A stretch of DNA of 64,000 nucleotides, taken from Candidatus Marinacidobacterales bacterium. GTDB lineage: Bacteria > Acidobacteriota > Vicinamibacteria > Marinacidobacterales > SMYC01. The DNA lies in the NCBI GenBank assembly GCA_965224085.1, contig CBDCYI010000009.1, forward strand, positions 768,001 through 832,000, read 5' to 3'. The position numbers and the translations under genes were made by a program. Of the stretch, positions 49,933 through 60,836 are shown one piece after another (within the stretch, counting starts at the first letter, position 1; the number at the start of each line of letters is the position of its first letter). The notes under the pieces were generated by a model. The model was given only the letters and a program-made list of their open reading frames with translations, was not told where the DNA came from and searched no databases.

Positions 49933-51020
49933 GGCGTTGTTGCACGGCCCGGAGCAAATCGCTGACCTCCCTGTGCCGGTCGGAGAGTCACCCGGCGCAG
50001 TAAGTATCGGGCATACCGAGCGCGGTCATCTTGTTGAGTATCTCGCACCCAATTCGGTGTTCAACTCGTTGCCTCGCCAACGTTCGAGCCCGCATCTCGG
50101 GCCCCATGATCGCCTTGTAACGATAGACCGCGTTCTCCACCATGCTTCGCTCGGTGCAGCCTGAGAGCTTGTACCATTCACGTCGGCCGTGTCTTTCGAT
50201 GGCACGAATATGGCGGTCGCGTTCCCGCATGGCGGTGTTCGAATTCTGACTGAGCGTGGCGTTTCGTTGCGGCGGAATCACCACGCGCGTCCTTCGTTCA
50301 GGGCTGTGCGCTTCGATGGCTTCGTAGACCGCTTCCTTGTCGTATGCACTGTCCGCCGCCACCGACGCTATAGGTGCTTGAATCTGTGTTAGCAAAGGGG
50401 GGACTCGCGTTGCGTCGCGAGCTCGTGACACCGTCAGTTCGGACGCAACAATGTTGCCGGTCTTGCGATCAACGGCGATGTGCAACTTGCGCCAGGCGCG
50501 CTGCTTTGGCGGTTTGCGGGTGGTTCCAACATGAATCCTCAAGCCCGTGCTATCGATCATCAGGTGGATTGGTTGATTGCTTGCGGCTTTCCCAATCCGC
50601 AGCTTCTTGCGGAGCAGCCTCGACCGCCGACACAACGTCGAGTAGTCCGGGATCTAGATACACAGCCGGAGAAGCGAGGCGATCGAGTGCAAGAAGCCTT
50701 CGGTTTGGCGGTAGGCAAGCTTGTACACCATCCGGACAACCAGGCCCGTTTCAATCGCCATCTCTGAATAGACCCGTTGACCGCCAGGCTTACCGCTCTT
50801 GTCGGCCTTCCAGTTCGCGATTGCCTCCTCGTCAAACCAGACCGTCAAATCGCCCCGGCGGCGCAGCCCTTCGTTGTATTCCGCCCAGTTGGAAACGTGG
50901 TACTTCTTCTGTTTCGCGTGTTTGTACTGGCTGCGCTTGGGATACTTCATGGTCGAACATTACCTCGGCCACCACCATAGGGTAGATTTCGCGCTCAGCC
51001 AAGAGCGGTGCAACAACGCC
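49933..51020 (-). mobile_element. IS903-group element, copy 3; transposase has a nonsense mutation (GAG>TAG at ~50654-50656)
   Basis: Same IRs; ORF split into 50654-50950 and 49988-50635. Confidence 0.93.
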
Positions 51021-51049
51021 GCGGCAAGGCGGCGACCACGCCAACGATC

Positions 51050-51472
51050 ATGATCACGAGCTGGATGAAATCGGTATATGGGAGCCGTCGGGAAGTCGCA
51101 ACTCGGCAGTGAACGTCCTGGGGCGCGCCTCAGTGGGAGAGAGGCTCGGAACCAAGATCGGATCGTTGCTCCGACCGTTTCGTAGTAGAACGTGATGAAC
51201 GCCTCTCCGGGCCCGACTGCAACGGCCGTTTCGAGCTTGGGAGCGCCGGATCTTTCGAGCCGGAGCGGCCGCTGATCCTGTCCCACGCGCAGGTTCTCGA
51301 TCCTAGCCCCGTCCATCTCGAGGAGCGTGAACGCGAGCTCGCCCATACCCGGAGGCGCGCCGTCGAGGGTGAGCTCGTAAGCGAGCTCGACGGCGACCGT
51401 GCGGTAGGCGTCGATGTTCGCCACGAGGTGCGCTTCGACGTCGCCGGAAAGGGCGAACAGCAGAAACAGCAC
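51050..51472 (-). pseudogene. Hypothetical protein, apparently frameshifted
   Basis: Protein-like N-terminal ~105 aa directly after the dipeptidase, then the frame degrades. Confidence 0.4.
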
Positions 51473-51476
51473 AGGC

Positions 51477-52677
51477 CTACTCCCAAACCTCCTTCAGGAG
51501 ACGTAGCGCGTTGCCGCCAATGACCTTGGTCGTGTCCTCGTCGGAGTAGTCGTGTTTCACGAGCCAGCGCACGATGTTCTCGGACGCTTCCGTCGGGTTC
51601 TCGACCCCTTCGACGTAGTCGACGCGCTCGTCGTCTTCATGGATCGCCGCTTTGATCGAAAGGCTCGACTTATACGTGTTGTGTAAGCCGACGTGATCGC
51701 CGTAGAGCGTGTCGGGGCCGAAGCCAACATGATCGATCCCGACGAGATCTTTGATGTACTCGAAATGCTCCATATAGGCCTCCAGGTTGTGTCGCGGATG
51801 GCCTTTTGTGATCGTCGTGTGCGGCGCCGCTTCGATCCCGATAACGCCGCCTTTGTCGCCGCAAGCCTTCAGCACATCATCGGGCGCCATGCGATTCGTG
51901 TTCCATAGCGAGCGCGCCCCGATGTGGGTGAGTGCTACCGGTTTCTCACTCGCCTCAATGACGGTCGAGGGTCGTCTGGTCACCGCAATGCGAGCAGTCA
52001 ATGAGCATGCCGACCTTGTTCATCCGCTCGACGACCCGCCGTCCGAAGGCCGTGAGACCGCCGTCTTTCGCCTCCTTCAAGCCGGACCCTAGTCCGTTCG
52101 ACTCGCTATAAGTGATACCCATCGCGCGGACGCCGAAACCGTAGAGAATCTCGATACGATCTGGCTCGTTCTCGATGGGCGCGGCGCCCTCGATCGACGC
52201 CACGAGTGCTATCCGGCCCTCTTCGTGAGCGCGTGAGATGTCGTCGACACCGCGGCATAGGGTCACGAAGTCCTGATGAGCGAGGTCGCACAGACGCATC
52301 CCCAGGTCGTGGAGCACTTCGGTCCACTTCCAGCCGCGCTTCGAGTGGATCTGACAAACGCCGTCCATGAAATTCTCGAAGATGCAGTCCCAGTGACAAT
52401 GGGACAAACCCTCGAAAGCGGTGGCTTGCCGACCTTCGCGGACGTAAGCAGGCGTGTCGGATATGGGCTCCGGGAAACGGCCAAGGTGATCATGAAGAGA
52501 AACGAGGATCTGCTCGCGTGCGATGCGCTCGGCGCGCTCTTCTTGTGCGTCGCTCAACGGTAGACGGTATGGCGGTACGCGCTCGATCTCGGTCGCGAGC
52601 TCGAAAGACGGATAGTCGATGCCTTCTTCAAGGTATTGGAAGGACCGGTAGCCGCGATAGCGTTTGTCTCGCCCCAT
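51477..52677 (-). pseudogene. M19 membrane dipeptidase with a 1-bp insertion at ~51963
   Basis: SLHDH, SIEG, GGLTAFG, IDCSH, DHVGFGPD; CTC GAC C GTC ATT breaks LDVIEAS. Confidence 0.88.
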
Positions 52678-52681
52678 AAGT

Positions 52682-53587
52682 CTAGTCTCCTTGGATCTTC
52701 GTCGCCGCCAAGTCTTCGATAAACGAAGCGATAGCGGAATGATCTCGGTCGCCTTTACCGCCAACGACGAGCGCGCCTATCATTTGTTGTACGAGCGCCG
52801 TTACCGGGAGGGGCACGCCGAGCTCATTTCCTGTCCGCAGCGCGTTGTTGAGATCTTTTTGGTGCAGGCGAATGCGAAAACCTGGATCGAAGTTGCCGGC
52901 GATCATCATCGGGGCTTTGGCGTTCAGCACGTTGCTCCCGGCAAGCCCGCCTCGAATCGCCTCGAAGACGTCGTTGGGGTCGAGCCCGGCTTTTCTCACG
53001 AGCACGAACGCTTCAGAAACCGCTTCGATATTGGCGGCCACAATGATCTGATTGGCGAGCTTCGTCGTATTGCCGGCGCCGTAGCCGCCGCAGAGGACGT
53101 AACTCTTTCCGACCGCCTCGAAGATCGGCCGGCACCGAGCGAAGGCTTCTTGCTTGCCGCCGACCATGATGGCGAGTTGGCCTGCGATCGCACCGGGCTC
53201 GCCGCCGCTCACGGGAGCGTCGAGCGCATCGACCCCTTTTGCCTCGCAGGCAGAGGCGATCGTCTGAGAGATAGCTGGAGCAATCGAGCTCATGTCGATG
53301 ATGGTGGCACCCGCCTTTGCTCCAGATAGCACGCCGTTGTCACCGAGGATAACGGCCTCGGAGTCCGGCGAGTCCGGGAGCATCGTTACGATGGCGTCCG
53401 TCCCGGAGGCGCAAGCGCTCGGCGAATCGGCGGCGGTCGCGCCTTCGGAAGCGAGCTCGTCCACGGGCGGCCTCGAACGGCTGTGTACTTTGAGCTCGAA
53501 TCCCGCTTTGAGAAGATTGCGAGCCACGGGCTTTCCCATGATGCCCAAGCCGACGAACCCGACTCTTTTTACTTCCGTCACCGTCAC
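52682..53587 (-). CDS. garR: 2-hydroxy-3-oxopropionate reductase
   Basis: GLGIMG, LDAPVSGGEPGA, KLANQIIVA, GFRIRLHQKDL. Confidence 0.88.
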   Translation of the reverse strand: MTVTEVKRVGFVGLGIMGKPVARNLLKAGFELKVHSRSRPPVDELASEGATAADSPSACASGTDAIVTMLPDSPDSEAVILGDNGVLSGAKAGATIIDMSSIAPAISQTIASACEAKGVDALDAPVSGGEPGAIAGQLAIMVGGKQEAFARCRPIFEAVGKSYVLCGGYGAGNTTKLANQIIVAANIEAVSEAFVLVRKAGLDPNDVFEAIRGGLAGSNVLNAKAPMMIAGNFDPGFRIRLHQKDLNNALRTGNELGVPLPVTALVQQMIGALVVGGKGDRDHSAIASFIEDLAATKIQGD

Positions 53588-53618
53588 GCTCCTTGAGACG
53601 GCCGATTATAACGCCCAG

Positions 53619-54677
53619 TCAGCTGATGACGAGCTGACCGCAGGCGGCACTTGCGTCGGCGCCGCGCACGCGGCGAATTGCGCAGAACATACCGTGGCCA
53701 CGGAGCCGCTTCTGAAAGGCGAGCACGTGCTGCTCGGAGCTCGCGCGCACGCCTTCTCGCCCAGCGTTCATGGGAAGAAGGTTCACCCGCACCGAGGTCG
53801 AAAACGGCGCGAGGAACTCGATGAGCTCATCCGCGTGTTGGAGCGATTCGTTCACGCCGTCCACCAGAACCATCTCTACAAAGAGGCTTCCTCCGGTTTC
53901 CGAGAGCCGGTCGAGGAAGGCTTGTCTGAGGGATACGGTCGAATGACGCATCGTGGGAACGAGCCGCCGGCGCAGTGCGTCATCGACCGCGTGAAGCGAC
54001 CACGCGAGCTGCACGGGAAGCTCACGCGTCTTTAGGATGGCGTCCGGCGTGGTGCCAACGGTCGAGAGCGTGATGTGCGCGGGGCCAAGCGCGAGGCCCG
54101 AAGGATCACAGAGAACGGCCACGGCGGTACTTACCGCGTCGAGGTTATCGAGAGGCTCGCCCATACCCATGAAGACGACGTTTCGGATCGCGGGAAGATG
54201 CGCCAAACGAGCCTCTCGCACCGCGAGTACCACTTGCCCCACGATCTCACCCGCCGCGAGCCTCCGTTCGAGCCCCATCGTCGCGGTGAGACAGAAGACG
54301 CATCCGCGGGCGCATCCGGCTTGCGTCGAGACGCACACGGTCGTGCGGCGATGGGAAGGGATGAGCACGGTCTCGATGCGCTTTTGGTCGGCAAGCACCA
54401 AACGCAACTTGGTGGTGCCACAGGCCGCGACATCGCGACGCTCCACGACGAAGTGGGCGCGGGACGTCTGAGCTTGGAGCCGCGCGCGTAAGGGCGGTGA
54501 GAGCTTTGGATCCTCGAAGGGATCCGCGCCCTTGAGCATCGCACGCCAGACAGCCTTGGCGCGCCCGGCTCCACCCAGAAGCTCCGAGAGCTCCGCAGGC
54601 GTGAGCGCTTCCAGCTCGACCATCGGACCATCGTACTTCACTCTTCGTGACGTTGGGAAAGCGTGACTCTCTCCCAC
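53619..54677 (-). CDS. rlmN: RlmN-family radical SAM RNA methyltransferase (start may be 54623)
   Basis: CVSTQAGCARGCVFC, MGMGEP, SLHA, AACGQL. Confidence 0.9.
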   Translation of the reverse strand: MGESHAFPTSRRVKYDGPMVELEALTPAELSELLGGAGRAKAVWRAMLKGADPFEDPKLSPPLRARLQAQTSRAHFVVERRDVAACGTTKLRLVLADQKRIETVLIPSHRRTTVCVSTQAGCARGCVFCLTATMGLERRLAAGEIVGQVVLAVREARLAHLPAIRNVVFMGMGEPLDNLDAVSTAVAVLCDPSGLALGPAHITLSTVGTTPDAILKTRELPVQLAWSLHAVDDALRRRLVPTMRHSTVSLRQAFLDRLSETGGSLFVEMVLVDGVNESLQHADELIEFLAPFSTSVRVNLLPMNAGREGVRASSEQHVLAFQKRLRGHGMFCAIRRVRGADASAACGQLVIS

Positions 54678-54923
54678 CCGCGCGACGCCAATTCTACCCG
54701 CTTCGCGCGAAGTGACACGAACGGCGGTGACCAGATGGGCTCGACTCGGTCAAGTCGCCGATGGCCGGTGAAAGGCCGCTAGGCACAGCATGTATCTATT
54801 TCACCACGCCATGCGAGCCACTTCGGGGAGTTTCCCACCAGGCGCGCGGCCGGATCAGGGCGACAGCCGCTCTTCCACCCGATGTCTCACGCCTCGACCA
54901 GTCTCTAGAGACGCAACTAGCGA

Positions 54924-56597
54924 GTACCCGTCCTGGCGGACGTAAGAGGTTGAGAAAAAGGGAGTAATCGCAAATTTAGGGCTAGTCTTCTGAGGGGTTG
55001 TCGCTTAGAATCGAAGTCGTCAAAAACAAGAGTCTAAACGACTTAACTCCAAAGGAGACCAGCCCTAAATGCGAAAAACAATCAACCCACAACCAAGCCC
55101 TGGCTGGAGGTGGAGCACGCGCGCGAGCTCGAAGCGATCTCGTCGGTGCTCGATGCCCATCCTAAGCTGAATGAGCTGGTATTGCAAGACCTGAGGTCGG
55201 TCACCCCATCGGCAGGGAGCGATGTTGGTCGTGGGGGAATGAGCGCGGAGCAGGTTCTCCGGGCGTTGTTGGTCAAGCAGCTGAATCAGTTCACCTATCG
55301 GGAGCTGGCGTTTCACTTGGCAGACTCTCGAAGCTATCGGACGTTTTGCCAGCTCGGCATCATAGAGCCGAGCCCGTCGAAGTCGACCCTAGCAGCAAAC
55401 ATCAAAGCCGTGAAGTTCGAAACGCTGGAGAAAATCAACCGAGAGTTGGTGAGTGTTGCCGAGAAGACCGCGATCGAAAAAGGAAGAAAAGTACGAGTGG
55501 ACTGCACGGTAGTGGAGTCGAATATTCATTCTCCTACGGACTCCGAGCTTCTTTATGACTGCGTCCGAGTTCTCACTCGCCTCATGTGCCGAACTCGCGA
55601 ACTGCTGGGTACAGTAGTGGTCTTCGGCAATCGAACGCGTCGAGCGAAGAGACGTCGACTGGGAGTTCTAAACGCGAAGGATAAGGAACAAAGGCGTCGC
55701 GTCTATCGAGATCTACTGAAGGTGTCGGAAGAAACCTATCGCTCCGCTCAACGCGTTGCAGACCAGTTGGACGAGTCCGGCTTGACCGAGCCGGTGAAGC
55801 GAGCGAGTGCGGAGAAGATCGCCGCGGATTTTAAGCACTTTCTCGTCCTCACCGAAAAAGTCATCAACCAAACTCGGCGTAGAGTGATTGATGAAGAGCG
55901 TGTGCCTGCGGAGGAAAAGGTCGTTTCGATCTTCGAAGAACACACCGACATTATTCGCAAAGACCGGCGCGAGACTCTCTACGGTCACAAGGTGTGTTTG
56001 ACTGGTGGCTCGTCCTCGATGATTTTGGATTGCGTGATCTTGGATGGGAATCCGTCCGATTCAACTCTCGCGGAAACCATGATCGACCGTCAAGTCGAAC
56101 TCTACGAACGGGCCCCGCGCCAGGTTGCCTACGATGGCGCGTTTTCTTCAAAGGCAAACTTGGAAGCCATCAAAGGCAAGGGAGTTGAAGATGTTGCCTT
56201 TACCAAGGCTCACTTCGCGGTGACCGATATGGTCAAGAGTTCCTGGGTCTATCAACGCCTACGGCGATTTCGCTGCGGAATCGAAGGCGTCATTTCGTTC
56301 TTGAAACGAGTCTTTGGTCTCGACCGATGCACATGGCGCTCATTGCCTTCTTTCAAATCCTACGTATGGAGTTCCATCATCACCTGCAACCTGTTGGTAA
56401 TGGCAAGGCACCTATTACGATAATAATGATTACTCTTACTGCGTTTATAGCCATGGATTGCTGACGATTCGCCTCTCGTTTCGTCCAAGATTTTCATTCG
56501 CTTCCGAGCCTACGAGGTGCCGACTGAAAACGTATAATACCCACATCTTCGATAGGCCTCTCGTACACCACAAGTTATGGTGTTTCTGGACAGGAAC
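54924..56597 (+). mobile_element. ISNCY-family element with TAGCGA target duplication
   Basis: IRs GTACCCGTCC / GGACAGGAAC (8/10 match); TAGCGA at 54918-54923 and 56598-56603. Confidence 0.78.
55069..56423 (+). pseudogene. ISNCY DDE transposase, frameshift near the 5' end (~55097)
   Basis: AAGGAG RBS with MRKTINPQ out of frame from the main ORF (55110); RVDCTVVESNIH, AYDGAF, FRCGIEGVIS. Confidence 0.8.
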
Positions 56598-56764
56598 TAG
56601 CGAGGCACCATCGCCAACTTTGGCGAGACTTCTGCGGAACACGTTGACAGCGCCCTAGTTGGGGCCACGCTACTTCGTCGGGACCGGACACGCCCTAGGA
56701 TCGCGATTTCCGAACCCACCCGCGGATGGGAAACGATGTTACAGCGTTTGTCCGCCCTGGAACA

Positions 56765-56780
56765 TGGCACACTTCGTGCT
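56765..56780 (+). promoter_or_regulatory. Putative sigma54 -24/-12 promoter
   Basis: TGGCAC-ACTTC-GTGCT (GG-N10-GC). Confidence 0.5.
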
Positions 56781-56866
56781 TTTTCTGACCCGGAGACGAA
56801 AGCAGAACCGCAAGGCTAAACCCTAGAGTTACGATAAGGATCCTCCTCAGCCGTCCGCCCGCCGTT

Positions 56867-58252
56867 ATGTTGCAGCAAGCTCCGCGACCCAGTCGTTCGC
56901 CAGGGACGCGCCTAGCGGCGCTCGGCGCGTGCACTCTCCTCGCGATTGGGCTGTGGCGCCACCCGAGTGGCTTCGCAGGGAGCACACCGGCTGTGGGCGC
57001 CGTCACCGATCAACTCATCACGCAACAGGGGTCGGGTGTGCTCACGCAGTACGGCGACTACATCGCCGCGGCTGCGGGACTCGACCAGCCCTACCGGTAC
57101 TACGTCGAGGTACCCACGGGCACCTCCTGCTTGTTCGTCGACATCTTCGACGCCGATATCGGGACCAATGCGGTCAACAATGACCAGGCCAACGATCGCG
57201 ATCGTGCGATCGGCAGCTACAACACCACGGCGGCGTACCGACTGACGGATCCCAGCGGAACGTCCGTCATCGCCGATCAACTTTTTACCGTCGGGAACAA
57301 TGCGGGCCCCGCGGGCGCGGACAACGCCTGGCTTACGTTGTTCGCGGGCTCCACCTCGGACAACTTTCGTGACGAGTTCAACGGCGTGCCGGCATATAAC
57401 GACAATAACGGCAGTCTCATTTGGGCGGGAAACTGGACGGAGTTCGGCGACGATGGCGCTGTCGCGACCGGTAACGTTCAAGTCAACGTCAACCGCCTCA
57501 GGATGCGCGCTGCCGTTCGCGGGGCCACGCGCGTCGCCGATATCTCGGCGGCGGGTGGCTGCTCCGCAACATTGAGCTACACCGTCGACGATATTGGCAA
57601 TCTCGAAGGAAGCGACTGCGCCGATGTCTCGGTGCGCTCGAGCAGCAGCAGCCCCTACACAATCCTCCAGACATTCTGCAACGATATTCCGCTGACGGCC
57701 GCCTCTCACGACATCACGCCCTGGATCTCGAGCCAAACCGAAGTGCGCTTCCGCGCCTCGAACGCTCTCGGGGGCGGCGGCGAGTGGATGGCGTTCGACG
57801 ATATCGATATCTCGGTGACGGGTGCGCCGGCCGCCGGGCACTGGGAGCTCGAAGTCGGCCATTCTGGGCTCGACCGGTTCGCGGCCGCGGGTGTGTTGCG
57901 AAGTGAGGATGTGGGCTTGCTTCCGAACGACGAGCACCCCACGACGATACTGGCTCTGACTTGTGTCGTGAATCGATTCGAGCTTGCCGGCTACCCTTCA
58001 CTCGGAGAGGAGCTCGTGCGCAGCACCCGAGGTGGCGCCGTCGCCGTTTGGGCGCCCACCGGTCTGTCGGAGCATTTCCAGGCGCGGACTCTCGACGAAG
58101 TCTTCCTTGCTCGCGCCTTCGCTGATCCATCAGCCGCGTTGGGTGACTTCGCGCTGGAAGCGATCCAACGGCTCGAAGGTTCACCGAACGCCAAAGAAAT
58201 GGCGGCCGTTTATACTTTGCTCGGCGATCCCGCCATCACGTTCTCACGGTAG
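56867..58252 (+). CDS. Secreted protein fused to the C-terminal half of a C25 (gingipain-like) peptidase
   Basis: Signal-like N-terminus; Asn/Asp-rich beta domain; VGHSG...LTCVVNRF...GGAVAVWAPTG...YTLLGDP. Confidence 0.7.
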   Translation: MLQQAPRPSRSPGTRLAALGACTLLAIGLWRHPSGFAGSTPAVGAVTDQLITQQGSGVLTQYGDYIAAAAGLDQPYRYYVEVPTGTSCLFVDIFDADIGTNAVNNDQANDRDRAIGSYNTTAAYRLTDPSGTSVIADQLFTVGNNAGPAGADNAWLTLFAGSTSDNFRDEFNGVPAYNDNNGSLIWAGNWTEFGDDGAVATGNVQVNVNRLRMRAAVRGATRVADISAAGGCSATLSYTVDDIGNLEGSDCADVSVRSSSSSPYTILQTFCNDIPLTAASHDITPWISSQTEVRFRASNALGGGGEWMAFDDIDISVTGAPAAGHWELEVGHSGLDRFAAAGVLRSEDVGLLPNDEHPTTILALTCVVNRFELAGYPSLGEELVRSTRGGAVAVWAPTGLSEHFQARTLDEVFLARAFADPSAALGDFALEAIQRLEGSPNAKEMAAVYTLLGDPAITFSR

Positions 58253-58282
58253 GCCGCTATGTGGTTCGGGAGGAAGTAGTTC

Positions 58283-58375
58283 CTACTTCAGCCTGCGCCG
58301 GCGTGCGAAGCCCCAGTCCCGCAAGGCCAAGACCCACCAACGCGAGGGTGGTGGGTTTGGGGACGGGGGTGCGAG
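58283..58375 (-). pseudogene. Orphan degenerate PEP-CTERM tail
   Basis: PVPKPTTLALVGLGLAGL; removing one G gives GFARRRRLK*. Confidence 0.65.
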
Positions 58376-58702
58376 GCGGTGGGGGGGCATGGTCATGAAG
58401 GGCTGGTGAGAGATGTCGGATTCGGTGAAGTTGATCGTTCCTCCCCCGATGATTTGACCAAACAGCCCCCCATGAAGAATCGTCGGCTTCCCGACCCGCT
58501 GATTGCGAAGTGTCTCGAGCCATTTGAGAGCACCCAGGAAGACCCATTGGCGCCTGAAATCAACGATTTAGATGCTCCGTAGGTGCTCCTGGGTGCTCCG
58601 GTAGCAGAGTGGTAGCAACCAGCCTCATCGCCAGTCTCGGTTTCACGACAGCGATTCCAAGCGGCTTTGCCGTGGGGAGGCGTCCGAGAAGTCAGCTCTC
58701 GC

Positions 58703-59990
58703 TCAGCTGCGACGGCGGAACACCCCAAGTGCGAGGAAGGCCGCCCCGATAAGGAAGACGGTCGAGGGCTCCGGAATATTCGCCGGCGGAATAGGCGGAG
58801 GAGTAGGATCGAACGCACATCGATCAACGCTGACATCATTCCAATCTTTCAGTGCATTACTTACCCATTGACCACAACCTCGAAGATTGTTGGCCACGAT
58901 GGATCCATCCCAGGGATGATCTTTCATGGACAAATCCCAAAATGCTGCTCCATATACTTCACTTTGGCTGAAATTAAAATGTGTGTCGTTATTGTCCGTC
59001 AAAACGCCGAAGAGGATATTGTTGAGCCCCAAATTTTTACCGGCTAAAATTCGGGAGTTGGTGATAAGTGCATTCTGGTTTTCTTCCACCAGGAAAATGA
59101 AGCTCGAATTCGCACTACCATTTACAATAAAATTGGAATTGTTTAAATTGAAATCATTGCCGCCAGTTACAATATGAATAACATTGAGACCATCGACTAG
59201 AACACCACTGTCAAGATTGTCACCAACAATGAAATCCATAGAGTCTCCAGGATTTCTGTTGTTAATGTAGCCGTCCGAACCAAATTTGCCAAGGGTCAGA
59301 TCAATTATCGCGGTGAAATTCGCATCGGCAAGAATGCTGCTGAAGAGGCCTTTTGTGTAGTTGATATCGATCAATAGATCGGTGAAGTCCACATTCTCCG
59401 TGACGCCGTTCCCACTGTCAATCGTGCCTTGGTTTGTCCCAATAGGCAGACCCACATCCGGGTTTTCGTTGGCGTCATTGGGTGTAAAGAAATTGGAATT
59501 GCTATTGTCTTTCACACAATCGGAATTCGCACACTCAACACCAAAGTTTGATGTATTAGTATTGCCCAGTGCATAAGTGTCGGTGTCGGAGAATTCGATT
59601 TGGGTATCACCCAAATGTAGAAACCGGTGCGTCACTACCGTCCGGCACGGTTTGTGCCGCCGAGGCAACGGCTGGACCTGATATCCCCGGCATAGTTGCC
59701 GGTAGATCGTTGGTAGGATTAATGCGGCCTAGTGCCGAGCGATTGTTTGATCCAGCACCGCCGCCGTCACTGCCTACGCTTAATACATCCGCACCAGAAT
59801 CTTTAGTCCCCAGATGAATACCCAGATACTTCGAAGCATTTTCAAATTTGAGATCATCCAGTATGGTTGGACCGGCAATACTAACGGCCGGAGAGCCCAT
59901 CGCTATGACGGCAACGAGGCAGGCTCTTATCGATGATAGCTTGGTCCGTGGTTGGCCTAACAAACAGGCTGTATTGTTAAAGTGTACCAT
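58703..59990 (-). pseudogene. PEP-CTERM surface protein, frameshifted at ~59610-59630, lower GC
   Basis: C-terminal IPEPSTVFLIGAAFLALGVFRRRS; signal-like N-terminus in ORF 59607-59990. Confidence 0.8.
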
Positions 59991-60001
59991 ACATTCGAAA
60001 G

Positions 60002-60018
60002 AGCATGAACTGTGCCAA
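60002..60018 (-). promoter_or_regulatory. Putative sigma54 -24/-12 promoter of the PEP-CTERM gene
   Basis: TTGGCAC-AGTTC-ATGCT on the minus strand. Confidence 0.6.
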
Positions 60019-60207
60019 TCCGATCACTCCCAGACTCTTGTCCTGATATTTCAATAGGTTGGGGCGAATCGCGCGGCTGGGCCGGTGATGGCTCTGAGCG
60101 CCAAAGCGTTAACGATCCTGACAGCATGGTGGGAATGTTTTCTCTAGATTATGTTAAAAGTATCTTTATTTCAATAACTTACACCATATTATTCGTGAAT
60201 TCCGATA

Positions 60208-60226
60208 GTGTCAAATATTTCGACAC
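60208..60226. promoter_or_regulatory. Palindromic enhancer-like site (PEP-box-like)
   Basis: GTGTCAAATATTTCGACAC (TGT-N11-ACA), ~190 bp upstream of the sigma54 site. Confidence 0.5.
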
Positions 60227-60437
60227 TGGCTGTGCGCAGCGCAGTGTCGCGAACAGTGCCTGCTGGGCAGCTTTACGGCGCGACGCCGCGGTTCGTCGTA
60301 GGTAGCATCCGCACGAACACGCTTTTCGGGCGCTGACGACGTGCAGCGGCGTCACGCACGACCGGCTCGAGTCACGCGGCGCTTGTGAAGGGGTCCAAAG
60401 TGACGTCTAGATCGCGTCGTTCCTTAAGTCATTTATT

Positions 60438-60515
<78 letters not shown>

Positions 60516-60520
60516 CCTTT

Positions 60521-60596
60521 TGGGGTGGGCGATGGGGCTCGAACCCACAACCCCCGGAACCACAATCCGGTGCTCTACCATTGAGCTACGCCCACC
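60521..60596 (-). tRNA. tRNA-His(GTG)
   Basis: G-1, loop TTGTGGT, CCA end. Confidence 0.95.
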
Positions 60597-60629
60597 ACGC
60601 GACTGAATGCTACTAACGTACTTCCTCTC

Positions 60630-60706
60630 TGGTACGCCAGGGAGGATTCGAACCCCCGACATCCGGCTTAGAAGGCCGGCGCTCTATCCAACTGAGCTAC
60701 TGGCGC
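60630..60706 (-). tRNA. tRNA-Arg(TCT)
   Basis: Stem CCGGC/GCCGG, loop CTTCTAA, CCA end. Confidence 0.95.
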
Positions 60707-60716
60707 AAAACGTATT

Positions 60717-60794
<78 letters not shown>

Positions 60795-60806
60795 AGGAAA
60801 CTAGCT

Positions 60807-60836
60807 ATTATATAAGGAGTTAGGTGACCGCGTCAA
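60807..60836 (-). promoter_or_regulatory. Sigma70 promoter of the tRNA operon
   Basis: TTGACG-N18-TATAAT, 12 bp upstream of tRNA-Pro. Confidence 0.75.

Noticed and set aside
54556-54569. 14-bp match to the tRNA-Arg 3' end (60437-60450) as an att site
   Set aside because: It lies inside the intact rlmN coding sequence, is GC-rich and has no nearby integrase; likely chance
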